NCBI GenBank assembly: GCA_021788365.1
Contig: JAJYKS010000002.1
Span: 96,521-160,520 of the forward strand
Length of the DNA stretch: 64,000 nucleotides
Direction of reading: 5' to 3'
Origin: a bacterium
GTDB lineage: Bacteria > Patescibacteriota > Microgenomatia > UBA1400 > UBA12108
Shown: piece by piece, positions 28,241 through 38,718 of the stretch
How positions within the stretch are numbered: the first letter of the stretch is position 1
Layout: each line of letters opens with the position of its first letter
Made by a program: the position numbers and the translations under genes
Notes under the pieces: model-generated
What the model saw: only the letters and a program-made list of their open reading frames with translations
The model's database searches: none
Told to the model about the DNA's origin: nothing

Positions 28241-30868
28241 CTAAGTATTCGTTCTTTTCAGCAACCGGGCGGAGTTAAGAAAAACAGCGACATCGGGGAA
28301 TGATTGGGCGGCAGCTGCAAGCACTGGAGGTAAAAATCCTATTGAGGCTAATCCCATCCCCACAATATCAAAACCAATCCCTAAAGTAATATTTTGCTTA
28401 ATCGTACGAAAGGTTTGCTTGGCAATAGCAATAGCTTCAGGGAGTTGATTCCAATCATCTCCCATCAATACTACATCTGCAGCTTCAAGAGCAATATCGG
28501 TACCGGCGACACCCATACCGATACCTACATCAGCCTGCGATAGCGAAGGAGCATCGTTGACCCCATCATCGATCATGGCTACTTTGTACCCTCGTTTTTG
28601 TAAGTCTTTTACCTCCTCAATTTTGTCTTCGGGTAATAAATGCGCCTGATAACCAATGCCTAAAGCTGATGCGACTGTTTGGGCGGCGTGTTTATTGTCT
28701 CCGGTCAGCATAATGATCTTTTTAAACCCGAGTTTTTTTAGTGTTTCAATTGCCGGTTTTACTTCATTTCGAATAATGTCAGTAATTGCCAACAAGCCCA
28801 AAACACCATCTTTTCTATTGGCTAAGATTAAGACGGTTTTCCCTTGTTTTTCAGAAGCTTCTATCAGGTCTTTTATTTTAGAGTTGATGGTAATGCCTTG
28901 CTCTTGAAGTAATTTTTGATTACCTAAATAATAGGTAAGCTTTTTGATATTGGCGATCACTCCTTTACCGGCGAGGGTTGAAAATTTGCCTGGATCGGAT
29001 AGATGTACGGCTGATTCTGCTGCCTTGTCGAGGACGGATTTGGCTAAAACATGTTCTGAATACCGTTCCATTGTGGCGGCAATCGACAGGATGTCATCAC
29101 TTGTCAAAGTAGAAACGGAAATAATATCAGTCACCTGCGGTTTTCCAAAGGTCAGGGTACCGGTTTTATCCACTAACAACACATTTACTTTGGTCAATAG
29201 TTCCAGATAACGGCCACCTTTAATCAAAATCCATTGTTTGGCCGCTCTACCGGTCGCTGCTACCACTGCCATCGGAGTTGATAATGCTACCGCACAGGGG
29301 CAGGCTACCACCAACACAGCAATTGTTGCCGATAAGTTCCGGCTGATTAAAAATGTCGCGGTCGCAATTAAAATAACCAGTGGCAGATAATAACCACTAA
29401 ACCGATCAGCAAATTTCTGAATTGGCGCTTTGTGTGTTTCGGCCTCTTCGACCAAGTGAATAATTTTGCCTAGAGTAGTATCAGCACCAATCCTGTTTAC
29501 CTTGATTTCCAGATGACCTGATTGATTCATGGTGGAAGCAAAAACCTGACTTCCCAGTTCAATCCGGACGGGTGTTGATTCCCCGGTAATGGTTGACTGA
29601 TCCACCGCACTAACCCCTCTCGAGACTTTACCATCAACCGGAATTCTCTCACCGGGTTTAACCACTACCGTATCCCCAACGATAATATCGGTGATATTCA
29701 CTTCAACTTCCTGGCCGTCTTTTTTGATCCACGCCGTAGTAGGAGCCAGTTTAATCAGTTCGTTAATTGCTTGGCGGGAGCGGTCAACGGTAAAGTTTTC
29801 CAGAAAGTGAGCTATGCGAACAAAAAATACAATTAATAACGCGGCGGATAATTCGTGTGAGACTGATGCTGCGGCTATACCAACACTCATGATCAAGTCA
29901 GTGTTGACTGACTTATGTAATAGATTTTGTAGGGCACTTTTAAAAATCGGATAACCGCCAACCAGAGTGGCACCAACTAACAACCAGTTGGGGATGGGAA
30001 CCAGAATCGCTTCAAGAATACCGAGTCGTTCAAAGACTATTTCGATTAAAAGAATCACTGCCAAAAATCCAACAAAAGCAAAAGTAATGATGCCATCAGT
30101 CTTGATTCCCTGCGTTTTTGCATCATCGGCTACTGTAAAACCTGAGCGTTGGATTAATTGTTTGATATCATCAATCGTAATTTTGCTGTCGTCATAGGTG
30201 AGAGAGATTTTTTCGGCGGTAAACAGTAAGGTATAGGTACCAATACCTGTTTGTGTTTTAAGTACCCCTTCTAAAGGGATGGCACATTCCGGACAATCCA
30301 ATCCTTTTACTTTTAAACTTATCGTCTTTGTCGCTTGAGTTTTTGCTGTTGGGTTTATGGTTACCCCGGCTACATTTGATTGACGGCTACACTGACCATC
30401 ACCACATGTATCACAACTATTGTCTTTTCTCATTCGATAGAAACCATAGATGACAGAAAGCAAGGTTAGACCGGCGATAATCGGTTTGGTGATACCTAAA
30501 AACGAGGCGCCGAACATCCCGGCATAAATGGCCAGCATGGGTGAACCACAGCAGCCAATCAAGAAACAACCTGCAAAAGACAAAACAGAAACTAACGACA
30601 GTCCACCAAAGACACCTTTCAGGTTACCGGCCGAGGATCGTCGGCGATCCAGGTAATTAATGAAAGTAAACGTCATAAACGCCATCGCTAAAGCGTGGAA
30701 AATCCGAGAAAATAATCCCTTTGGTCAAAATATCCTTGAATGATCAGTGGTATCTGGCTGTTATCGACCACCCACGGAGAAAAGGGTTTTGCTTAATATT
30801 CGAAAGCTAAAGTGTAGCGAAAAGACTGTTATAAATACGGCAAATGGGAGGTATGACTTTAACTTCAT
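28241..30868 (-). pseudogene. P1B ATPase fused to an N-terminal GCCGSP membrane domain, probably decaying
   Basis: ORF 28241-30685 has GLDCPEC, CPC and DKTGT but IDDGVND in place of GDGVND. The 5' part 30686-30868 needs two frameshifts to join the ATG that overlaps the upstream stop. Confidence 0.7.
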
Positions 30869-31287
30869 TGGGGTTTGACCTGAGTGGCCTTAATAATCAA
30901 TTTCCCCGAACTATCGCGAGACACCATTCCTGAAACTTGGACATAATCTTTAACATTAGGTAAGGTTCCCGTGTAATTTACCGGAATTTGATTGATGGCA
31001 CATGTGACCACTCCGCAATTGGCAAACTCCTTGTTATCAATAACTACCAGTGATTGGCTTTCCGGATAAACAAAGGAAACTACACCTTTAAGGTTTATCG
31101 ATTTATCAAAGTATTGATTGACATTGTTTGCCAGCATATCAACGTCCAAAACGGTATTTGAATCTATCTGGCTATTTTTGCTTGTACTGTTGGCTGCCTT
31201 GATCAGTGTTCTATATTTGACGATTAAACCAATCCCAATGAGGAGCATGATGATTAGGGCGATTGTTAGGTATTTTGTTGTTTTCAT
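30865..31287 (-). CDS. Membrane-anchored OB-fold-like protein with CGVVTC motif
   Basis: TM, INLKGVV, CGVVTCA, VQVSGMV..LIIKATQV. Confidence 0.7.
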   Translation of the reverse strand: MKTTKYLTIALIIMLLIGIGLIVKYRTLIKAANSTSKNSQIDSNTVLDVDMLANNVNQYFDKSINLKGVVSFVYPESQSLVVIDNKEFANCGVVTCAINQIPVNYTGTLPNVKDYVQVSGMVSRDSSGKLIIKATQVKPQ

Positions 31288-31291
31288 ATAT

Positions 31292-31621
31292 TTAATATCT
31301 GGTACACGCAAAAATAGTATTGGCGGTCAATTTTAAGATGCTTTGACCAAGTTCTATCAGTTCGGCGATTTTTTTATCCACCAAACTATAGATAACCTGT
31401 CGGCCGTCATGTCTTGATTGAACCAAGCCACACTCCTTAAGGCAGCTTAGATGGGCTGATACATTGGGTTGGGATAAACCAGTTTCCTCAACCACATCGC
31501 TGACAGATTTTTCTTTGTCGATTAAAGATTTAAGAATGGTTAATCGAGAACTATCGGCGAAACCGTTAAACAGGCGAGCCTCTAGTTGAATAGTGCTTTG
31601 ATTGGTGACATTACGACTCAT
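31292..31621 (-). CDS. ArsR/SmtB-family metal-sensing repressor
   Basis: FNGFADSSRLTIL..SQPNVSAHLSCLKECGLV, C-terminal ACTRY. Confidence 0.9.
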   Translation of the reverse strand: MSRNVTNQSTIQLEARLFNGFADSSRLTILKSLIDKEKSVSDVVEETGLSQPNVSAHLSCLKECGLVQSRHDGRQVIYSLVDKKIAELIELGQSILKLTANTIFACTRY

Positions 31622-31792
31622 ATATATAATCGTGTAATTATATGATTATAGAATAGTTGGAAGTAAAAAGATGTCAATAACTTAACAGTATTCACTGCAA
31701 GAATATTCATGGGGTTTGATAGTTCACAATATAAAATAGTTAGAAAATATTCAAAAAATATAACATAATGTCACTGCATTTTCTTGTCATCA

Positions 31793-31827
31793 TCTTCATA
31801 AAATCTTAATATCGCCAGGAGTACGAT
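31793..31827 (+). promoter_or_regulatory. Direct-repeat box TCTTCAT-N4-TCTTAAT, then 11 bp, then -10 (putative response-regulator site)
   Basis: Box 31793-31810 and TACGAT at 31822. Same layout at 36997, 40767 and 47264. Confidence 0.65.
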
Positions 31828-32121
31828 TTGACTATGAATATCAAAACTCAGGATCTCGACAAACAGGAAATTGTTAAAAAATTACGGTTGGCGAGTGGAA
31901 TTATCAGCATATTGATTAACCAAATGGAAGAGGGTCTAGATTGGGAATTGGCACATACCCAACTCGTCGTAGCAATAACTCAACTTAAATCTGTAACAAG
32001 ACAACTTGCAGTGCATCATCTAGTTGTTTGTATAGCTAATAGACTAAAAATTGAACAGAGTCAAGAAATCTCGAAACAAAATATTAGTGAATTTATAAAA
32101 ACATTTAATTACATAAACTAA
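31828..32121 (+). CDS. CsoR/RcnR-like metal-sensing repressor (atypical)
   Basis: KKLRLASG..I..QME..TQL..A..HHLVVCI. The first Cys ligand position is W. Confidence 0.6.
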   Translation: MTMNIKTQDLDKQEIVKKLRLASGIISILINQMEEGLDWELAHTQLVVAITQLKSVTRQLAVHHLVVCIANRLKIEQSQEISKQNISEFIKTFNYIN

Positions 32122-32122
32122 T

Positions 32123-32620
32123 ATGTCACCAAAAACAATCATCATCGGTATACTCATATTCTTCCTAGCAGTAGTAGGACTGTCATTTCTTTTGACCGCA
32201 GGCCAAAAACCCGCACCTGCTACCGCTTCATTTTCAGCGCAGGATACGGATCGTCCTAAAGCAGAAACGACAAATACTCAAAGAAATCTGGGTGAAATTA
32301 AAGTATCGGATGTAAAAGTTGAAGATTATGCTGTTAAAAATGTGGGTACGAAGCCACTCCAAATTCTCAATATCAATTCGAGCTGTGGATGTACGGCAGG
32401 CCAGATCATATACCAAGGTAAAACGAGCAAAGAGTTCAGTATGCATACCCAAAGTGGATTTGTCACCGAAATTGCACCGGGAGATACCGCAACTGTTCGT
32501 TTGACCTACCGACCGGCCACTATGCCTGTCTACGGACTCGTAGAGCGTGAAGTATACGTTGAGACAAATGACCCTGCAAATGCAAAATTGATCTTTAGCA
32601 TAACTGCGAAAGTAAAATAA
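32123..32620 (+). CDS. DUF1573 Ig-like exported protein
   Basis: TM, KNVGTKPLQI..NSSCGCT, IAPGDTA, VETNDP. Confidence 0.8.
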   Translation: MSPKTIIIGILIFFLAVVGLSFLLTAGQKPAPATASFSAQDTDRPKAETTNTQRNLGEIKVSDVKVEDYAVKNVGTKPLQILNINSSCGCTAGQIIYQGKTSKEFSMHTQSGFVTEIAPGDTATVRLTYRPATMPVYGLVEREVYVETNDPANAKLIFSITAKVK

Positions 32621-32622
32621 CC

Positions 32623-33450
32623 ATGGATACAAATTTCCTTTTTGGTATATCGTTAACCGCATCCTTTTTGGCCGGAGTATTGGCATTATTTGCCCCATGC
32701 TGTATCACTTTTCTGTTACCGTCATATCTAGGCACAATATTTAAAGAGCGTAAACGGGTCATGTATTACACGCTTATATTTGCACTTGGTCTTGCATTAG
32801 TTCTCGTTCCTATCGCACTTGGGATTCGTTCTGCAATATTCTTCCTTGACGCCTACCATACTCCTATCTATTACCTTGGAGCACTTGTGATGATCCTCAT
32901 GGGGGTAATGACACTAAAACCGATCTTTCACCTTCCACAGTTTTTCCATGTTTCTGGATTGCAGGGTAAAAAAGTAAATACGGCAAGTGTGTTTGGCCTT
33001 GGACTTATGTCCGGCCTTACCTCAGCTTGCTGTGCGCCAGTTCTTTTTGCCGCAGTTACCCTGACTTCGCTCTCTCCGTCACTATTCCAAGCTCTGATAG
33101 TTTCAATAGCCTATGTTGTGGGTATTGTTATGCCGCTATTTATTATGTCGATGTTCTATGAAAAGGCTACCAGTAAAGTCACTGGCGCCAATAGGCAGAA
33201 AATCTATACGATACTAACAAGGCTTGGAGCAGGCATCTTTTTTCTCACAGGCATTTTGATTGCGATTTTTAACTACCTCGGCAAAATTCAGATGAACCAA
33301 ATGGAGCCATACAGTATCAAAATCCGCATGATCGTTTTTGAAATTGCCAAATATTTCCAAAATCCGATAGTTGATCTCGCGGTATTTGGAATTGTGCTCT
33401 ACGCTTTTTATAAATTACTGCGCTACAAAGGAGGCAACGATGAAAAATAA
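32623..33450 (+). CDS. CcdA/DsbD-like protein
   Basis: AGVLALFAPCCITFLLP and SACCAPVL. Confidence 0.85.
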   Translation: MDTNFLFGISLTASFLAGVLALFAPCCITFLLPSYLGTIFKERKRVMYYTLIFALGLALVLVPIALGIRSAIFFLDAYHTPIYYLGALVMILMGVMTLKPIFHLPQFFHVSGLQGKKVNTASVFGLGLMSGLTSACCAPVLFAAVTLTSLSPSLFQALIVSIAYVVGIVMPLFIMSMFYEKATSKVTGANRQKIYTILTRLGAGIFFLTGILIAIFNYLGKIQMNQMEPYSIKIRMIVFEIAKYFQNPIVDLAVFGIVLYAFYKLLRYKGGNDEK

Positions 33451-34375
33451 ACTACTGCCGATCCTTCTTGTAAGTGTCGTTGCCAATACTATTTTGGCTG
33501 CATTTTTGCTCGCTCCGAAACTAGCCGTCTGGAGAGCAAATGGCTTTAAACCTGCAAGTAAAACAAATACGACTCAGGCAACTTCTGCCAGTAAAGACAA
33601 CCTATTTGACGAAGTAAATCCGGTAGCTGGATTTAAAATTAATGCCAGCTACGGTCAGCTCGGCCCGAAAATGACAGCAATGGGGGTTATCGATCCAGAC
33701 AAGTTTAAAAACACCTATGAAAAATCCAATCAACCTCTAACTGTCGAGCAGGAACAAATTTTGTTAAAGGGCTCTGATGAAAAGATTACTATTACCCGAG
33801 AAAATTCGTATTTTCTTCTGAACTACTTTTGGGCGGTAGGTCTGGCTAATAAGTCAAAGATTTTAGATGAAGGAGAAATGATCAAGTATGGTGGTAAAGA
33901 GGGAGCCGGAAACTTCGCCTCAACCGGTGGTTGGAGTCTAGCCAGGGGAAACGCGATGAGCTACTATTCTAAATCCGCTCTTATTCCACTAACCAAAGAA
34001 CAAGAAGCATTAGTTGAGCTCGTGGCCTCCAATATATATCGGCCATGTTGTAATAATTCGACGGCATTCCCGGATTGTAATCACGGGATGGCACTTTTAG
34101 GAGTACTCCAACTGATGGTGAGTAACGGTGCAACGGAAAGAGAAATGTATGAAGCTGCCAAATATGTGAATGCATTTTGGTTTCCGGGTAACTATTATGA
34201 CCTAGCGCTCTACTTTAAAAACAAAGAGGGTAAGTCATTTAATGATATTGATGCCAAGACATTGCTAAGCAAAGATTATTCTTCGGCTTCAGGATGGCAA
34301 GGAGCCAAACAATGGCTTGCTGATAAGGGATTAGTACAACGACCTCCTAAACAGGCTGGAGGATGCGGCGTATAA
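33440..34375 (+). CDS. Exported protein with RPCCNNSTAFPDCNHG motif
   Basis: SD AAGGAGG before ATG 33440, N-terminal TM, Cys/His cluster, C-terminal GGCGV. Confidence 0.8.
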   Translation: MKNKLLPILLVSVVANTILAAFLLAPKLAVWRANGFKPASKTNTTQATSASKDNLFDEVNPVAGFKINASYGQLGPKMTAMGVIDPDKFKNTYEKSNQPLTVEQEQILLKGSDEKITITRENSYFLLNYFWAVGLANKSKILDEGEMIKYGGKEGAGNFASTGGWSLARGNAMSYYSKSALIPLTKEQEALVELVASNIYRPCCNNSTAFPDCNHGMALLGVLQLMVSNGATEREMYEAAKYVNAFWFPGNYYDLALYFKNKEGKSFNDIDAKTLLSKDYSSASGWQGAKQWLADKGLVQRPPKQAGGCGV

Positions 34376-34411
34376 ACGTAAAAAATGGTACTATAAATAT
34401 GTTGAGTCACT

Positions 34412-34891
34412 ATGAAGCATTATCACAAAAGTATCGTACTTTCTGCGTCTCCTGAGCAAGTGTTCGATTACGCCGATGATCATTCCCGTTTTTCATCTCA
34501 CATGACTAGTTCGTCATGGATGATGATGGGAAGCAGCATGCATATTTCAACAGATGATAAACTCGGGAGGGAAGTTGGTTCTCACATATTTTTGAAAGGC
34601 ACAATTTTAGGTATTCCTATGTTTGTGGATGAAGTGGTAACGGAGCATAGAAAGCCGAGTGTAAAATCATGGAAAACGGTCAACGTACAGAATCTGTTAA
34701 TAATTGGTGACTATGCGATGAAATTCGATATTTTCCCTCAAGCACATAGTTCTCTGTTTCGCGTTTCGATTGATTATGAACAGCCAAAAAAGCACAAATT
34801 GCTTGGTATCTTGTTTGGCGATTGGTATGCTCAGTGGTGTGTTCAACAAATGCTCGATAATGCAAAAAGTATTTTTTCTCGTAAATCTTAA
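34412..34891 (+). CDS. SRPBCC (START-like) family protein
   Basis: SIVLSASPEQVFDYADD.. start pattern, 159 aa. Confidence 0.7.
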   Translation: MKHYHKSIVLSASPEQVFDYADDHSRFSSHMTSSSWMMMGSSMHISTDDKLGREVGSHIFLKGTILGIPMFVDEVVTEHRKPSVKSWKTVNVQNLLIIGDYAMKFDIFPQAHSSLFRVSIDYEQPKKHKLLGILFGDWYAQWCVQQMLDNAKSIFSRKS

Positions 34892-34925
34892 TGATTTCTT
34901 CATGATTTTTTAATATAATAGTATC

Positions 34926-35591
34926 ATGAGAGTCTTAATTGTCGAGGACGAACGTCGCCTATCAAACATCATTAAAAAAGGCTTCATTGAGGATGGGTTT
35001 GCTGTTGATCAGGCATTTGATGGTGAGGAGGGTCAATATCTCGCTGAAAGCGAGCAGTATGATCTGATAGTGCTTGATATCATGCTCCCTAAACTTGATG
35101 GTCTTCAAGTTTGCAAAGAACTTCGCAAAAAGAGCATCAAAACACCCGTCCTCATGCTTACTGCTAAATCAACAACCGAAGATAAGGTTGCCGGACTTGA
35201 TAGCGGGGCTGACGACTATATAACGAAGCCTTTTTCGTTTATTGAATTTCGTTCCCGCATCCATGCCCTAATCCGCCGAAGCCATCAGGAAACGTCGCCA
35301 GTATTGTTAATTGATGGCCTAGAGCTTGATCCGTTGAAGCATACCGTTTCCCGTGACACAAAGGCATTAACCTTGACACCAAAAGAATTTGCGGTTTTAG
35401 AGCTTATGATGCGACACAAAGGTGAAGTTGTTTCCCGCACAATGATTATTGAACATGTGTGGGATTACAACTTTGACGGTATGAGTAATGTAGTTGATGT
35501 ATTTGTAGGCACGCTTCGAAAGAAAATTGATTTGCACGCTAAGAAAAAACTCATCCAGACCGTGCATGGTGTGGGGTATAAAATTGGATAA
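34926..35591 (+). CDS. OmpR-family response regulator (CusR/CzcR-like)
   Basis: LIVEDE, LDIMLP, GADDYITKPF, NVVDVFV, TVHGVGY. Confidence 0.96.
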   Translation: MRVLIVEDERRLSNIIKKGFIEDGFAVDQAFDGEEGQYLAESEQYDLIVLDIMLPKLDGLQVCKELRKKSIKTPVLMLTAKSTTEDKVAGLDSGADDYITKPFSFIEFRSRIHALIRRSHQETSPVLLIDGLELDPLKHTVSRDTKALTLTPKEFAVLELMMRHKGEVVSRTMIIEHVWDYNFDGMSNVVDVFVGTLRKKIDLHAKKKLIQTVHGVGYKIG

Positions 35592-35592
35592 C

Positions 35593-36996
35593 ATGAATAG
35601 AAAATCTATCCGTTTTCGATTGACACTGTGGTACTCCACTGCATTTTTTGTCAGTACTGCAATTGTCTTCGCCGTATTCTTCTATGTTACGAAACAAACA
35701 ATCCTCTATCAGACTGATCGTGCAGTAATAGCTCATGCCGAAACATTAACCCATATCGTATCGAATGATCAACCAAGCATGGCACAGGGTGTTTTTAACC
35801 AAGGCATCATCAGCCAACAATTTGCCGAAATGCCCGGAATGCTGGTTATTATTACCGATTCAACGGGGAAGATTACCGGTAGTTCTCAGATGGGAGCAGA
35901 TCAAAATCCCATACTAAAAGACCTGATAGAAAAATCCATAAATATCATTAAGCCAACGTTTGTTGAACGAAAAATTGGTTCTACAACACTTCGTATAGGA
36001 GTATTTCCTATCATTAAAGATGGCGTGATCTCAGGTCTTGTTTTTATGGGTGATCCAGTCGATGCAATATACCATTCGTTTAACGCACTTCTGCTTACCC
36101 TCGTCACTATCTATATTTTGTTTGCATTTCCGACAATAATTGGAAGTTACTTCTTGGCAAAAAGTGCAATGCAGCCGATCCGCAGGATTTCTGGTGAATT
36201 AAAATCTATCACTTCCCAGGATCTGAATCGACAGGTTGAAGTTCCAAAAACATCCGATGAAGTCTCTGAGCTAGTAATCACCTTTAACGATTTGCTCCGA
36301 CGCCTTCATGAGTCATTTAAGAGAGAACGCCAATTTATCGGGGATGTCGCACATGAATTGAAAACACCGGTCGCGACGTTAAAAGGAGAAATTGAACTAG
36401 CATTATCAAAAAAACGCACAAATGAAGAATATAAAAGTGCTTTTAACGAAACACTTATTGATGTAAACCGACTTTCAGCCACAATTAGAAATATTCTCGA
36501 TTTAGCATGGATCGGGGCAGACAAGGCGATTAGTAATAATCAGCAAACTGATCTGACTGCGGTACTTACAGAACTAAACGAAATTGCAATTAAACTAGCT
36601 GCACAAAAACATATTACAGTCAAAAGTCATATTACCGAAGGCGTGCTGGTTTCTGGATCTGAAGACAAGCTCGCCCGGGCAATTCTTAACATCCTAGATA
36701 ACGCGGTGAAATATACTCCTTTGAATGAGACCATTTCCATCTTTCTTCGTACAAAAAATAACGAGGCTGTGATTGAAGTTATCGATACAGGTAGTGGTAT
36801 TTCCGAAAAGGATTTGCCCCACATCTTTGACCGTTTCTATCGCGGTTCAAAAACAGCCAAAACACTAGGCTCCGGACTAGGACTTGCCATTGCCCAAGGT
36901 ATTATAGAGTCTCACAGTGGCACAATTTCTATAGCTAGCAAGGTCGGTAAGGGAACACACGTCACCATGACTCTCCCTCTGATAGATAAATCTTAA
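35593..36996 (+). CDS. Sensor histidine kinase (HAMP-HisKA-HATPase)
   Basis: 2 TM segments, DVAHELKTP, NILDNAVKY, DTGSGI, GSGLGLAI. Confidence 0.96.
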   Translation: MNRKSIRFRLTLWYSTAFFVSTAIVFAVFFYVTKQTILYQTDRAVIAHAETLTHIVSNDQPSMAQGVFNQGIISQQFAEMPGMLVIITDSTGKITGSSQMGADQNPILKDLIEKSINIIKPTFVERKIGSTTLRIGVFPIIKDGVISGLVFMGDPVDAIYHSFNALLLTLVTIYILFAFPTIIGSYFLAKSAMQPIRRISGELKSITSQDLNRQVEVPKTSDEVSELVITFNDLLRRLHESFKRERQFIGDVAHELKTPVATLKGEIELALSKKRTNEEYKSAFNETLIDVNRLSATIRNILDLAWIGADKAISNNQQTDLTAVLTELNEIAIKLAAQKHITVKSHITEGVLVSGSEDKLARAILNILDNAVKYTPLNETISIFLRTKNNEAVIEVIDTGSGISEKDLPHIFDRFYRGSKTAKTLGSGLGLAIAQGIIESHSGTISIASKVGKGTHVTMTLPLIDKS

Positions 36997-37050
36997 TCTT
37001 CATACTTTCTTAATCTGTACGTTACTATAATCTGGGTAAGGAGGTTAGAT

Positions 37051-37260
37051 ATGGATCACTCAACAATGAATCATTCAACCAATGGGGATACAAAAAGTAA
37101 AACGAATTGGCTACTTATATGTCTTGGGGTTGTGGCGGCAATATTCATAGCCGTAAAGATATTTGGAGTGCCCCTCACAAATGTAGTGTACTTTGGAGCC
37201 ATACTAGCTTGTCCGCTGATGCACATCTTAATGATGCGCAATGCCGGTCATAAACATTAA
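37051..37260 (+). CDS. DUF2933-like small membrane protein (copper-locus associated)
   Basis: LACPLMHILMM..GHKH. Confidence 0.8.
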   Translation: MDHSTMNHSTNGDTKSKTNWLLICLGVVAAIFIAVKIFGVPLTNVVYFGAILACPLMHILMMRNAGHKH

Positions 37261-37285
37261 ATGCTTGTATTTTCGTATCTAAACT

Positions 37286-37300
37286 TCTACAATTCGTAGT
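37286..37300. promoter_or_regulatory. BlaI/CopY-type operator (second copy at 38701-38715)
   Basis: CTACA-ATT-CGTAG before the BlaI-like gene and ACTACAC-T-GTGTAGT before the DsbA-like gene. Confidence 0.6.
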
Positions 37301-37306
37301 AGAGAT

Positions 37307-37684
37307 ATGAAAGTGAAAGCGTTAAGTGAACTTGAATTCGAAGTAATGAATGTGGTCTGGAATATTCAGACCTGTTCGGTGCGTGATGTCTTGGCCCAGA
37401 TATCAAAAGATAAAGATCTTGCATATACCACGATCGCTACGATACTTCAGAGACTACACGAAAAAGGGTTAGTCAACCGGAGTGACAAAGATTTTGCTGT
37501 TCACTACAAGCCGAGAATTTCAAAGGCCGAGTATAGCAAATCAGTTGCCGGATCATTCTTCACTAAATTTTTTGATTCATTTGGCGACGCGGCGATTGCT
37601 TCTTTTGCGGAATCGGTCGATGAGTTGCCCAGAGAGAAGAAGGAATATTTCCTCAGACTCTTAGAAAAGAGCCATGAAACCTAA
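37307..37684 (+). CDS. BlaI/MecI/CopY-family repressor
   Basis: LSELEFEVMNVVW..LAYTTIATILQRLHEKGLV. Confidence 0.92.
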   Translation: MKVKALSELEFEVMNVVWNIQTCSVRDVLAQISKDKDLAYTTIATILQRLHEKGLVNRSDKDFAVHYKPRISKAEYSKSVAGSFFTKFFDSFGDAAIASFAESVDELPREKKEYFLRLLEKSHET

Positions 37685-38663
37685 TTCCTACTTACTAGGT
37701 TTTGGAGGTCTCGTAGCATTTCTTGCGTTCAGTCATTTTTTTGTTATCGTTAAATATTTTCAACTCCTCATTCATCACACAATTTATTATTGCCAGACCA
37801 TGGCAAAAACATTGAACGTACAAATTCCAAGCGATGTAAGCCGTATATATATTGGTTTTTTGGTTCTTGCCGTGGCATATACCATTATTAAGATCGGCGT
37901 AGCGGTTATCAAAATATATACATTTAAAAAAACTTTGAGAAAAGTCACGACCCAATTCAGCGATACTTTCGACGATATATGTAATAGATTAGATCTTCGC
38001 AACAAAGTAATATTGCTTCACCAAACCACACCTCAGGCATTTTGCTTTGGTATTTTTAATCCCAAAATATATGTTTCGACTAGTCTTTTGGCAATGATGA
38101 GTGACAAAGAAGTGGAAATAATACTTAGGCATGAGCAATATCATCTGAACCATAAAGATTCACTGGTGTTTTTACTTGCGACCATTATTGAATCACTTTT
38201 TCCATTTTTTCCTGTTATTTCAGATTTCATTCGTGCATATAGGATGGATAGAGAAGTTCAGGCAGATACAACGGCTATTAAAGAATCGGGAGATAAACAC
38301 TCGCTTGCCGAAGTGTTAAAAAAATTACTTCAGTACGAGCCAGCAGTAAGTACCGCGTTTGTGGCAGGCATTATTTCGGAAGATGTGCTTGAAGCCCGAA
38401 TACGGTCTCTTTTATCACAGAAGCCAACTCGTCATAAGGCTTACTTCCGTAATATTATTTTTAGCGCCACTTCTTTGGTTATACTATTAGGTCTTATGGT
38501 AAGTCCTGTTAATGCCATTGAACTTCACGATTCGGGACGTGATGTGGTGATGGTATGTAATAGTACAGTGAATTGCGCCTCTGTTTGTCGCAAAGAAACG
38601 TTATTACAACTCCAAAGCCATACTCCCCGGTATTCTTCAAGTAATTTCAGTTCTCAAAATTGA
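37674..38663 (+). CDS. M56 (BlaR1-like) membrane metallopeptidase
   Basis: AFCFGIFNPKIYVS, ILRHEQYHL, REVQAD, TM segments. Confidence 0.88.
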   Translation: MKPNSYLLGFGGLVAFLAFSHFFVIVKYFQLLIHHTIYYCQTMAKTLNVQIPSDVSRIYIGFLVLAVAYTIIKIGVAVIKIYTFKKTLRKVTTQFSDTFDDICNRLDLRNKVILLHQTTPQAFCFGIFNPKIYVSTSLLAMMSDKEVEIILRHEQYHLNHKDSLVFLLATIIESLFPFFPVISDFIRAYRMDREVQADTTAIKESGDKHSLAEVLKKLLQYEPAVSTAFVAGIISEDVLEARIRSLLSQKPTRHKAYFRNIIFSATSLVILLGLMVSPVNAIELHDSGRDVVMVCNSTVNCASVCRKETLLQLQSHTPRYSSSNFSSQN

Positions 38664-38718
38664 CATAGAAGGATACTGTTGACAGTCAGACATTATATCT
38701 ACTACACTGTGTAGTAAT

